64,000 bases of DNA from Clostridia bacterium (GCA_045593265.1 JAZNWH010000131.1:9422-73421); one strand, 5' to 3'; counted from the first letter of the stretch, positions 1 through 8,724 are shown. Notes: a model not told the origin generated them from the sequence alone. A program made the numbers and translations.

Positions 1-1454
1 TTGTTTCAGGAAGCATCATAAAAGTTTTCCAGTGTCCGTCAACAGGATATACATGGATAAATGCTAAGAGTATGAATGCAATCAGTGGAGAGCCTGAAAT
101 GCTTTATGACGATGTAGTTGTATTCGGCGAAAAAGAATATCGTCTGGCAAAGGACTGGGAGCTTTTTGTAGATGCGAAAAAAGACGATACTTCAATTATA
201 TCTTCTCAAAGACCAAAGGAGCTTGCTTTGGGTGTAAATACAACGTTTTATGTAATTGATGATGTAATTGCAGCATATACATCGACTCAGTCATACAAAT
301 ACGGTTATATCAAGAGTGTATCACAGTCAAGAACAAGCCTTGACCCTGACATTACAGTAAGAATGTTTACTCAGGATGCTGAATGGATAGATTTTACAGT
401 ATCTGAAAAAATAGAGTTTGAAGGTCAGGCAGGATTAAGCAAGGATGCCGTTTTAGAGGCAATTAACAGCGGTGAAGAAAGATTGGCTCATTTCTTTGAC
501 CATCCTGTAAGATTCCGTGCAAACAGCGAAAATAAGCTTCTTGCTCTTGATACAATTTATGAATCTCAGTATGAAGCTAATACAGATGATGATATTGTAT
601 TTACTCAGTACTGTGGTATGGCACGAGACTGGACATATGAAGGTGTAGGAAGAGACAATCCTTTCTTCCTGGCAGAAAGCACAGTTATCTTTGTTGCTCC
701 TGACGGAAGCAATGATGAAAGTGAATTTAAGATAATTACCAATACTCAGATGCCAACTGCAAACGGTTCAATTCTTGTACCTACTAAAATATATAACTTA
801 AATGATTATTGCCAGATTTCACTTATGGTTATGACAAGAAGCTTGAATTCTTCTTCAAGTGCTGAAAAGGCTTACTACTATGTAGAAAAAATTTCTCAGG
901 CTGTTATAAATGCTGAAGACCAGATTTATGGTTACAAGGTATCCGGCAAGCAGTTTGTAGGTATTTCAAGAGGTAACGGTGTATTAAAAGACTTCTACTT
1001 CTACGCCGACGAAAAAATGATGAATAAAAATGAAATTGAGCCGGGAGAAGAAGGATATGACGAAGTAACATATAAAAATAATGTCTTAGAAGTGGGAGAC
1101 TTTATAAGTGCAGTGGTTTCAGGTACTGATGTAGCTTCGTGGGATATGCAGTTAAAGGGTGGTGTTATTCCTGAACCTACACCTGCTGACGATGATGTAT
1201 CGGATAAAAACAATCTGAGTACGGACCAATATGTGGCAGTCGGAAAATTTGTTCGCGCAGATGCTGCAGGCGGTGTATGGGTTGCTAACGTAGACGGAGT
1301 TAATATGCCTGTTATTCCTACAGTTAAAGCTATTATTAATCCAAATACAAAAGAGATTATTTCAGCTACTGTTTCAGACTTTATCGAAGGCGAAAAAGTT
1401 TACTACCATTGGCAGTACGGACGAGGCAAATTCTTCATAAAGAACGAATATTAA
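1..1454 (+). CDS. Hypothetical protein, 5'-truncated by the window edge. It is a paralog of the C-terminal half of the 897-aa SLH-bearing protein at 26485..29178.
   Basis: The frame is open from position 1 through the ATG at 72 to the TAA at 1452-1454. The translation aligns with the C-terminal region of the 26485 protein (YIKSVSQSRTSLDPDITVRMFTQDAEWID versus YLKGIKKARTSLDPELTLRLYTQNGEWLD). Confidence 0.55.
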   Translation, partial: VSGSIIKVFQCPSTGYTWINAKSMNAISGEPEMLYDDVVVFGEKEYRLAKDWELFVDAKKDDTSIISSQRPKELALGVNTTFYVIDDVIAAYTSTQSYKYGYIKSVSQSRTSLDPDITVRMFTQDAEWIDFTVSEKIEFEGQAGLSKDAVLEAINSGEERLAHFFDHPVRFRANSENKLLALDTIYESQYEANTDDDIVFTQYCGMARDWTYEGVGRDNPFFLAESTVIFVAPDGSNDESEFKIITNTQMPTANGSILVPTKIYNLNDYCQISLMVMTRSLNSSSSAEKAYYYVEKISQAVINAEDQIYGYKVSGKQFVGISRGNGVLKDFYFYADEKMMNKNEIEPGEEGYDEVTYKNNVLEVGDFISAVVSGTDVASWDMQLKGGVIPEPTPADDDVSDKNNLSTDQYVAVGKFVRADAAGGVWVANVDGVNMPVIPTVKAIINPNTKEIISATVSDFIEGEKVYYHWQYGRGKFFIKNEY

Positions 1455-1515
1455 TTTTATTACAGGGCGTATTTTACGCCCTGTAAAATTCATATACACA
1501 AAGGAGATTGGCTAA

Positions 1516-2316
1516 ATGAAAATAATTGCAAATCATGCACATATCTTTCAAAAGGAAGTCAGGGAAGACGGAACGGTTGATGCACTTAAAAATTTTTTGG
1601 ATGAATGTGAAATTGACAAAGCAGTTTGCTTTGCACCTTTTTCAAATTATTTCAATTCAAATGGCGAAAGTCCTTCAAGGTGGATGTATGAACAGATTAA
1701 AAATGACGACCGTTTGCTCGCTTTTGGCACAATAGATTTTACAAAAGATAATGTTGCAGAACAGACGGAAGAGATATATCAGATGGGACTTTCGGGCATA
1801 AAGATGCATGCAGCTTTTCAAAAGTTTAAGCTTGATGAAGAAAAAGCCTGCAAGGTTTATGAGGTAGCTGAAAAAAGAGGTATGCCCATATCCTTTCATA
1901 CAGGTATTCATTGGCACAGAATTTCAAGCTATAACACTCTTTTATACGATGAAATTGCATATAAATTTCCAAATCTTAAAATCTGTATGGAGCATGTAGG
2001 TGGATATCATTTTTTCAACGAAGCTATGGCAGTAATGAGCAATAACGGAAAACGTATTTATGCAGGTCTTACAAGTGTTCTTCATAAAGATACACATAAA
2101 TACTGGTATTTAGGAAAAGACAAGATTAAGGATTTGATATGGATGAATGGTATAGATCAGTGTGTTTTCGGACTTGATTTTCCTTACACAAAACCAAGTC
2201 AAATAAAAGATGCGATAGTACAGCTCAATGAATGTGTAGAAGAAATGGACCTTGGTGAAGAAGCAAAAACGAAGGTTTTTGGTAAAAATCTGTTAAGAAT
2301 GATTGAAACGAAATGA
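1516..2316 (+). CDS. Amidohydrolase-family protein (TIM-barrel metal-dependent hydrolase, ACMSD-like).
   Basis: RBS AAAGGAG upstream. Length and His/Asp-rich N-terminus (HAHIF, FHTGIHW) fit the amidohydrolase_2 fold. The TGA stop overlaps the next start (ATGA). Confidence 0.5.
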   Translation: MKIIANHAHIFQKEVREDGTVDALKNFLDECEIDKAVCFAPFSNYFNSNGESPSRWMYEQIKNDDRLLAFGTIDFTKDNVAEQTEEIYQMGLSGIKMHAAFQKFKLDEEKACKVYEVAEKRGMPISFHTGIHWHRISSYNTLLYDEIAYKFPNLKICMEHVGGYHFFNEAMAVMSNNGKRIYAGLTSVLHKDTHKYWYLGKDKIKDLIWMNGIDQCVFGLDFPYTKPSQIKDAIVQLNECVEEMDLGEEAKTKVFGKNLLRMIETK

Positions 2317-4112
2317 GAGTGATGCAAATGCTTAATAAAAAATATATTAGCTGTGATTTGTGTGTGATTGGCGGGGGAATGGCAGGACTTACTTCTGCTA
2401 TTTCTGCAGCAAGGGAAGGACTTAATGTTGTTCTTATGCACGAAAGACCCGTTTTGGGTGGAAATGCCTCCTCTGAAATCCGTATGTGGGTATGTGGTGC
2501 TCAGGGCAGAGATAACCGCGAAACAGGAATAATAGAGGAAATAGCTCTTGAAAATCTTTATCGCAACCCTACAAAAAGCTATGCTATATGGGATACGGTA
2601 TTATATGATTTTGTACGCAGGGAGAAAAATATTACGTTGCTCTTAAATTGCACATGTATGGATGCAGAAACCGAAAAGGGGGAATTTGCATACAGAAGAA
2701 ATACAAGGATTAAGAGCATTACAGGATATCAAATGACAACTCAGTGCTTTTATGAGGTAGAAGCTAAATTTTATTGCGACAGTTCGGGAGACAGTATTTT
2801 AGCACCTCTTTGCGGAGCAGAATTTCGGATTGGGCGTGAAGGCAGCGATGAATTTGGAGAAGATACCAAAGTTAAGACTGCAGATAATATGACAATGGGT
2901 ATGAGTTGCCTTATTCAGGGGAGAGAAACAAATAAAGAAATAAAATATATCCCACCTCAGTGGAGCACGCAACTGACTGAAAAAGACTTTGAAAACAGAG
3001 ATCCTGACATATATAAAACAAATGAGAATTTTTGGTATCTTGAGTTGGGTGGCGATAGAAATACAATTGATGATACCGAGATTTTACGGGATGAGCTTAT
3101 CGGTCTTGCAACAGGAACATGGGATTATATTAAAAATTCTGGGAATTTTAATGCAGCAAAATGGGATTTGGATTTTCTGGGATTTTTACCGGGTAAGAGA
3201 GAGTCTCGCAGGATGTGTGGTGAATATATGATTACTCAGCGTGATATCAGTGATAACAGAGTATTTGAAGACGAAATAGCATTCGGAGGATGGCCTCTTG
3301 ATGACCATTATCCAGGTGGTTTTTATCATAAAGGTATGCCAAATACAAATGTTTCAACACCTAAGCCTTATTCCATACCATACAGGTCGTTGTATTCCAA
3401 AAATGTTGAAAATCTGTTTTTTGCAGGTAGAAATATAAGTATGACTCATATGGCAATGAGCAGCATACGAGTAATGGCAACCTGTTCACTCTTAGGCGAA
3501 GCAGTTGGTAAGGCAGCAGCTATTGCTGTTAAAAATAGCTTTACACCTCACGATGTATACTGTTATAAAATTGAAGAGCTTCAGGATATGCTTATGAACG
3601 GTGATTGCTTTCTCCCGTCAAAAACAAGAAAAATATCTCAGGTTTGCAAAAAGGCGGAGCTTAATATTGCGCAAGATACCATCAGAAACGGACAGGATCG
3701 TGCTCACTCTTTATATAATACCGATGAGACAAACTGTTCGTATATTGCAGCCTCAGGTGAGGAAATAATGTATAGCTTTGATGAAACTAAGGTTACTTCC
3801 GTGCATATTGTTTTTTGCAGCGATTTAAATCGTGATACTCTTCCGGGTGATATCAGTGAGCGTACACATTCAACTCGTGCGAATCAGCTTATTGACAGTC
3901 CGCAGATGTGTATGCCTCTAACACTTTGCAGAGAATTTAAATTAACAGGAGAATTGAATGGAATAGAAACAGAGCTTTTACATATTTCTGACAACAGAAA
4001 ACGGGCATATCATTTAAATATAAATCAAAGATTAGATAAGCTTACTTTGACAGTAGCTTATAACTGGGGAAATAACAATAAAATTCCGTTGATTTCCTTT
4101 GATTTTGAATAG
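2313..4112 (+). CDS. FAD-dependent oxidoreductase of the type commonly found in glycan-utilisation loci.
   Basis: N-terminal Rossmann dinucleotide motif VIGGGMAGLTSA. 599 aa, no signal peptide. Confidence 0.6.
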   Translation: MRVMQMLNKKYISCDLCVIGGGMAGLTSAISAAREGLNVVLMHERPVLGGNASSEIRMWVCGAQGRDNRETGIIEEIALENLYRNPTKSYAIWDTVLYDFVRREKNITLLLNCTCMDAETEKGEFAYRRNTRIKSITGYQMTTQCFYEVEAKFYCDSSGDSILAPLCGAEFRIGREGSDEFGEDTKVKTADNMTMGMSCLIQGRETNKEIKYIPPQWSTQLTEKDFENRDPDIYKTNENFWYLELGGDRNTIDDTEILRDELIGLATGTWDYIKNSGNFNAAKWDLDFLGFLPGKRESRRMCGEYMITQRDISDNRVFEDEIAFGGWPLDDHYPGGFYHKGMPNTNVSTPKPYSIPYRSLYSKNVENLFFAGRNISMTHMAMSSIRVMATCSLLGEAVGKAAAIAVKNSFTPHDVYCYKIEELQDMLMNGDCFLPSKTRKISQVCKKAELNIAQDTIRNGQDRAHSLYNTDETNCSYIAASGEEIMYSFDETKVTSVHIVFCSDLNRDTLPGDISERTHSTRANQLIDSPQMCMPLTLCREFKLTGELNGIETELLHISDNRKRAYHLNINQRLDKLTLTVAYNWGNNNKIPLISFDFE

Positions 4113-4651
4113 AAAGTGTTGATTAATAAAAAAACGCTAATCTGTGCGTAGTTCACGGATTACTGCTTGTTTTTTTGTGCAGAAGAAAAAAAGTAAAAAA
4201 TCTGCAAGAATTAAAAAATTGTCGTGATTTTTTATCGTTTGAAGCCGAAAAAATGATGCTTAAAATTGGGTGATATATTTGCTAAAGAAATGCGATAATT
4301 TTCTGTTTTTGTGCTTCCTTTATGCACCGACACTGCCTTATATTTCACCAAAAAAATAATTATATCAGATTATAAATATGATACAAGTTATATGTCTTAT
4401 TTTTATAAAAAACATCGATTATATGTATTGCCTTAATTTTGAAATGATATTATAATTCTAATAATTACGATAACATTTTAATACATCTTGCGTAAGATGT
4501 AGTCTGTAGAAATGTTTCTTGATGATTTGGAGTGTATAGTCGATGGTATATACGAATAAAATGAGCCTCCGGGAAAATATTCCTTGGAGGCTCAAACTAT
4601 TGTATCGTAGATAGAATTGTGATATAATAATAGAGAAATTGTGTTTATTAT

Positions 4652-4753
4652 ACGCTCCGCGAAGATTTAATAAGTGCGTACGAAATTTTCCTCACTAGGT
4701 TCGGAAACGCACATGCACAATTATACCAAATTCCTTTGGAATTATGGTATAAT
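4652..4753 (+). ncRNA. Degenerate partial copy (copy C) of the conserved structured leader seen at 6679-6861 and 32999-33191.
   Basis: acgctccgcgaagattta...gtgcgtacgaaattttcctcactaggttcggaaacgcacatg aligns with the P1-3' arm/P2 core of copies A and B. It lies 300 nt upstream of trxB. Confidence 0.25.
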
Positions 4754-4776
4754 GATTTCAAGCAAAGCTTGAAATC

Positions 4777-4937
4777 AATGAATTGCCTTCGGCATGAATT
4801 GAAATCATAAATTTCATGAATTGAGCCTATGGCTCATGAATTGCACCTAACGGTCCATTAAGGCAATTCAATTCATGGAGGATGCCGAGAATTCATGATG
4901 GAACATCAATTCACGACAACATAGTTGCCAATTCATT
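4777..4937. repeat. Array of eight short repeats: four direct (C/T)ATGAATTG copies followed by four inverted CAATTCA(T/C) copies.
   Basis: Direct copies at about 4778, 4794, 4817 and 4838. Inverted copies at about 4864, 4889, 4906 and 4928. Each unit overlaps the palindromes TCATGA and GAATTC. Confidence 0.5.
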
Positions 4938-4988
4938 TTAAATCTTGTCATCCAGATTATACAGCCTTTATATAATTCAATTAAATTA

Positions 4989-5003
4989 TGTGATAAAATC
5001 ACA
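4989..5003 (+). promoter_or_regulatory. Perfect 6-3-6 palindrome TGTGATaaaATCACA, a candidate operator 55 nt upstream of trxB, overlapping a likely -35 and followed by TATAAT at 5018-5023.
   Basis: Exact inverted repeat. The same TGTGAT-N3-ATCACA site occurs upstream of trxA at 8628-8642. Confidence 0.45.
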
Positions 5004-5056
5004 GAAAATAAAAAAACTATAATATATAATAAAACTGACATAGGAAAGGAGCTGAT

Positions 5057-6016
5057 GTGAATATGACAGCTTTGAATAAAGATATAGTTTACGATATGAT
5101 AATAGTTGGTGGAGGTCCGGGAGGATACACATCAGCACTTTATGCTGCAAGAGCCGGATTTAATGTTTTGGTTCTTGAAAAATTTTCAGCAGGCGGACAA
5201 ATGGCGTTGACACATCAAATTGACAATTATCCCGGATTTGAGGATGGAATTGACGGATTCTCGCTTGCTGATAAAATGAAAAAACAGGCGGAACGCTTTG
5301 GTGCAAAAAGTGAAAATTCCGAGGTAATTAAAGTTAATCTTACGGTAAATCCAAAAGAAATAGAAACTGCAAAGGGAACATTTTTATCAAAAACAATCGT
5401 ACTCGCAGCAGGGGCAAACCCAAGAGAGCTTGGTGTTGACAAAGAAAGTGAACTTACAGGACGAGGAGTTGCATACTGTGCCTCCTGTGATGGAATGTTT
5501 TACAGAGGCAAAACTGTTGTTGTGGTTGGTGGAGGAAATACTGCTGCTGCAGATGCAATTCTTCTCAGCCGTATTGCAAAAAAGGTTATTATTGTTCATC
5601 GCAGAGATACCTTGAGAGCAACAAGGATATATCATGAGACTTTAATGAATGCAGAAAATGTGGAGTTTAAATGGGATAGTACGGTTACGGAGCTTCTGCA
5701 TGAAGATAAAATAACAGGGGTTAAGATTAAAAATGTCAAAACAGGAGAAGAAAGTATAATTGATTGTGATGGTGTATTTGTAAGCATAGGCAGAAAGCCT
5801 GCAACTGATTTCCTTGGAGATCAGCCTGAATTGGATGAGAATGGATACATCATTGCAGACGAAACGACAAAGACAAGCATCCCTGGTGTGTATGCCGTTG
5901 GCGATATAAGAACTAAACAGCTACGTCAAGTGGTTACTGCTGTTTCGGATGGTGCAATGGCAGTTCATTCGGCAGAAGAATATCTTGCTGAAGAACATAA
6001 AGGAAGTGAAAAATAA
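5057..6016 (+). CDS. trxB: Thioredoxin-disulfide reductase.
   Basis: GGGPGG FAD motif, redox-active CASCDG, second Rossmann motif VVGGGNTA. The start is ambiguous between GTG 5057 and ATG 5063 (AGGAG at 5047-5051). Confidence 0.85.
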   Translation: MNMTALNKDIVYDMIIVGGGPGGYTSALYAARAGFNVLVLEKFSAGGQMALTHQIDNYPGFEDGIDGFSLADKMKKQAERFGAKSENSEVIKVNLTVNPKEIETAKGTFLSKTIVLAAGANPRELGVDKESELTGRGVAYCASCDGMFYRGKTVVVVGGGNTAAADAILLSRIAKKVIIVHRRDTLRATRIYHETLMNAENVEFKWDSTVTELLHEDKITGVKIKNVKTGEESIIDCDGVFVSIGRKPATDFLGDQPELDENGYIIADETTKTSIPGVYAVGDIRTKQLRQVVTAVSDGAMAVHSAEEYLAEEHKGSEK

Positions 6017-6678
6017 TGCAGTATTTAATATCGTTTCTTGAAGGAATTATCACTTTTATATCGCCTTGCTTACTTCCGATGCTACCCATATACATTTCAT
6101 ATTTTGCAGGCGGAGGCGAAAGAACAACCACAAAAACATTGAACTGTGCTGTCGGCTTTGTAACAGGGTTTACTATTGTTTTTGTAATGCTTGGAGCATT
6201 GGCAGGAACAGTTGGAGGATTCCTTCGTGAATACCAGACAACAGTAAATATCATTTCGGGACTGATTGTGATAATTTTCGGACTGAATTTTCTTGGAGTA
6301 TTTAAGCTGAATATCTTCAAAGGAAATCAGCGCTCTGTTAAAACAGATGATATGGGATTTTTCTCTGCAATGCTTTTGGGAATTATCTTTTCCGTAGGCT
6401 GGACTCCTTGTGTGGGGGCATTTCTTGGCTCTGCATTGATGCTGGCATCTCAGCAAGGTCATATATCAGAGGGAATGCTGATGCTGCTTAGTTATTCCTT
6501 AGGACTTGGCATACCATTTATATTAAGTGCGGTGTTGATTGAATACCTCAAATCGGCATTTAACTGGATTAAGAGAAATTACAAAATCATTAACCTTATA
6601 AGTGGTAGTCTGCTTGTTATAATCGGTATTATGATGGCAACAGGCACACTTGGGCAGCTTTTAAATCTGCTCAGTTAG
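6016..6678 (+). CDS. ccdA: Cytochrome c-type biogenesis / thiol-disulfide transporter CcdA (DsbD beta-domain family).
   Basis: Polytopic membrane protein with the two conserved Cys motifs SPCLLP and WTPCVG. The start overlaps the trxB stop. Confidence 0.8.
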   Translation: MQYLISFLEGIITFISPCLLPMLPIYISYFAGGGERTTTKTLNCAVGFVTGFTIVFVMLGALAGTVGGFLREYQTTVNIISGLIVIIFGLNFLGVFKLNIFKGNQRSVKTDDMGFFSAMLLGIIFSVGWTPCVGAFLGSALMLASQQGHISEGMLMLLSYSLGLGIPFILSAVLIEYLKSAFNWIKRNYKIINLISGSLLVIIGIMMATGTLGQLLNLLS

Positions 6679-6861
6679 GAGGTAACGTGAAAGTTCCTTT
6701 CCCGTTACGCCTCCGGCGGATTTAATTGCCCGTGCGAAAATTTCTTTGCATTTGCAAAGAAACGCACATGGGCGTAATAATCTCTTATCATTCCTTACCA
6801 TGCGGATAAGAGAATTTAATTACTATTTGTGTCGATGTATGGCGGCGGAATGGAGATTACT
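6679..6861 (+). ncRNA. Conserved structured leader RNA (copy A), a candidate cis-regulatory element of unknown class lying between ccdA and the resA-like gene.
   Basis: It is 183 nt and about 80% identical to 32999-33191. P1 is ggaggTAACG...CGTTAcgcctcc. P2 is gcccgtgcg...cgcacatgggc, enclosing a variable hairpin. P3 is tctcttatc...gataagaga, with its loop complementary to the tail just 5' of the SD. It ends with ggcggcggaatGGAGattactATG. Confidence 0.45.
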
Positions 6862-7440
6862 ATGAAAAATAAGAAAACACTAATAATACTTATTCTTGTA
6901 TTTGTTGTTTTGCTCGGTGGTGCGTATATCCTGTACTCTCAGCTTGGTGAGTCGCAGACACCCGATCAGCTATCCATGCAACAACAGGAAAATAATGAAT
7001 CAGGAACAGAGAAGCAAGATAGTCAGAAAACATTAGCACCAGATTTCACAGTTTATGATGCTGACGGAAATGAAGTTAAGCTGCATGACTTTATAGGTAA
7101 GCCAATAGTCCTCAATTTCTGGGCAAGCTGGTGTGGTCCCTGTCAGATGGAAATGCCGGACTTTCACGAAAAATATCTCGAGCTTGGTGATACAATAAAC
7201 TTCCTTATGGTAAATATGACTACCGGACGTGAAACCTTAGAGAGTGCAAAGAATTTTATTGCGGAAAAAGAATACACATTCCCGGTGTTTTATGATATAA
7301 AATCTGATGCTGCTGCAGCATACGGAGCATATTCGCTTCCGACAACATATTTTATTGATGATAGAGGCTATGCTATTGCTCAGGCTACAGGTGCTATTGA
7401 TGGTGAAACTCTTCAGCGTGGAATCGATATGATAAAATAA
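6862..7440 (+). CDS. Membrane-anchored thiol-disulfide oxidoreductase, ResA/TlpA-like extracytoplasmic thioredoxin.
   Basis: N-terminal TM helix then a thioredoxin fold with WASWCGPC. The preferred start is ATG 6862 (GGAGA SD 6 nt upstream). The six-frame ORF starting at 6829 is translated leader sequence. Confidence 0.75.
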   Translation: MKNKKTLIILILVFVVLLGGAYILYSQLGESQTPDQLSMQQQENNESGTEKQDSQKTLAPDFTVYDADGNEVKLHDFIGKPIVLNFWASWCGPCQMEMPDFHEKYLELGDTINFLMVNMTTGRETLESAKNFIAEKEYTFPVFYDIKSDAAAAYGAYSLPTTYFIDDRGYAIAQATGAIDGETLQRGIDMIK

Positions 7441-7444
7441 ACTA

Positions 7445-7478
7445 TCCGCCAGGGACAATCCTCGGCGGAATTTTTTCT
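7445..7478 (+). terminator. Rho-independent terminator after the resA-like gene.
   Basis: tccgccagg-gacaat-cctcggcgga followed by TTTTTT. Confidence 0.6.
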
Positions 7479-7566
7479 GCCATAAAATTGTTTGTTTTGT
7501 TGATTGTATAAATCCAGTTTTTGTGATACAATAAATAAAAAAGATAGATTTACGAGGATAACTATT

Positions 7567-8220
7567 ATGGAATTTCAAAGCTACTTTCCAATATGGGATA
7601 AATTAAATAAAGCAGAGCAAGACCGCATCACAGACAACTTGATTACCAGAAAGGTAACAAAAGGAACTGTAATTCATAACGGCAGTATGGAATGCACAGG
7701 ACTTCTTTTGATAAAAACAGGACAGCTTCGTGCTTATATCCTATCTGATGAAGGCAGAGAAATTACAATCTACCGTCTTTTCGACAGGGATATGTGCTTG
7801 TTTTCAGCCTCTTGTATTATGCGTTCCATTCAGTTTGATATAACAATCGAAGCCGAAAAGGATACCGATTTATGGATTATTCCTGCAGAACTTTACCAGA
7901 GTATTATGAAAGAATCTGCACCCGTTGCCAATTACACAAACGAGCTTATGGCAACAAGATTTTCTGATGTAATGTGGCTGATAGAACAGATTATGTGGAA
8001 GAGTCTTGATAAGCGTCTTGCAGCATTTCTTCTTGAGGAATTTTCTATAGAGGGAACAAAAAAACTAAAGATTACTCACGAAACCATTGCTAATCATCTT
8101 GGCTCTCACCGTGAGGTAATGACGAGAATGCTTAAATATTTCCAAAACGAAGGAATGGTTAAGCTCTCCCGTGGTATGATAGAAATTACAGATTCTGAAA
8201 AACTTGGAAGCTTAAGATAA
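7567..8220 (+). CDS. Crp/Fnr-family transcriptional regulator.
   Basis: N-terminal cNMP-binding beta-barrel, C-terminal HTH (ITHETIANHLGSHREVMTRMLKYFQNEGMV). Start chosen at ATG 7567 with GAGGA RBS. The six-frame ORF extends to 7504. Confidence 0.7.
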   Translation: MEFQSYFPIWDKLNKAEQDRITDNLITRKVTKGTVIHNGSMECTGLLLIKTGQLRAYILSDEGREITIYRLFDRDMCLFSASCIMRSIQFDITIEAEKDTDLWIIPAELYQSIMKESAPVANYTNELMATRFSDVMWLIEQIMWKSLDKRLAAFLLEEFSIEGTKKLKITHETIANHLGSHREVMTRMLKYFQNEGMVKLSRGMIEITDSEKLGSLR

Positions 8221-8224
8221 ATGA

Positions 8225-8260
8225 ATGTCCGCCGATGATGAAATCTGGCGGACATTTTAT
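8225..8260. terminator. Hairpin terminator between convergent crp and trxA, likely bidirectional.
   Basis: atgtccgcc...ggcggacat followed by TTTTAT on the + strand. Flanked by T-rich sequence on the minus strand. Confidence 0.6.
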
Positions 8261-8263
8261 GTT

Positions 8264-8569
8264 TTACAGTAATTCGAGAATTGCGTCTTTCGGTTTTGCT
8301 CCCATTGACTGATTTGTGATTTTGCCATCTTTGATAACTACCAGTGTTGGTATGCTCATAATACCGAACTGTGCTGCAAGCTCTGACTGCTCGTCCACAT
8401 TGACCTTGCCAACTTTGATGTCAGGACGTTCCTCGGCAATTTCCTCTACGATAGGTACTACCATGCGGCAAGGTCCGCACCACGGTGCCCAGAAATCCAA
8501 GAGAACAGGTCTGTCTGAATTTAAAACTTCACTTTGAAAATTGTTTTTATTGATATTTATAGCTGCCAT
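8264..8569 (-). CDS. trxA: Thioredoxin.
   Basis: WAPWCGPC active site. 102 aa from the internal Met preceded by AGGAGG at 8-nt spacing. The six-frame ORF extends to 8677 through non-coding leader. Confidence 0.85.
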   Translation of the reverse strand: MAAININKNNFQSEVLNSDRPVLLDFWAPWCGPCRMVVPIVEEIAEERPDIKVGKVNVDEQSELAAQFGIMSIPTLVVIKDGKITNQSMGAKPKDAILELL

Positions 8570-8627
8570 ATTGTTATCCTCCTTTTTCTTTTGTGTCTTT
8601 ATACTACCACAACTTTTTATGTTTTTC

Positions 8628-8642
8628 TGTGATATTATCACA
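8628..8642. promoter_or_regulatory. Perfect palindrome TGTGATattATCACA about 60 nt upstream of the trxA start, the same operator architecture as upstream of trxB.
   Basis: Exact 6-3-6 inverted repeat lying in the trxA promoter region. Confidence 0.45.
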
Positions 8643-8724
8643 TAAAACACATATAATCCCGTAACAAAATATGACATACTTTAAATAAAGAAAAGGGACA
8701 TTCAATTTTGGGCAAAAAATAAGA

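Noticed and set aside
1457-1495. The hairpin acagggcgta-tttt-tacgccctgt after the first ORF, considered as a Rho-independent terminator.
   Set aside because: The stem is strong, but the T-run precedes rather than follows it on the + strand and A's follow it. The orientation is inconsistent with a canonical + strand terminator, so it was not listed as a feature.
4113-5056. The 940-bp gap before trxB, considered as a mobile-element or prophage remnant or a hidden protein gene.
   Set aside because: No ORF longer than about 40 codons with an RBS was found, and there is no integrase, transposase, or tRNA attachment site. The content is instead regulatory-looking repeats and a degenerate leader copy.
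6679-6861. Possible identity of the conserved leader with ZTP (pfl), c-di-GMP-I (GEMM), T-box, M-box or ykkC riboswitches, suggested by segments such as ccggcgga and gcgaaa.
   Set aside because: The defining consensus blocks are absent: GGGUCGUGAC/CCGCCUGGGC for ZTP, ACGCAAAGC pairs for GEMM, AGGGUGG for T-box. The gene context (thioredoxin, peptidase) does not fit these classes. It is kept as unclassified.
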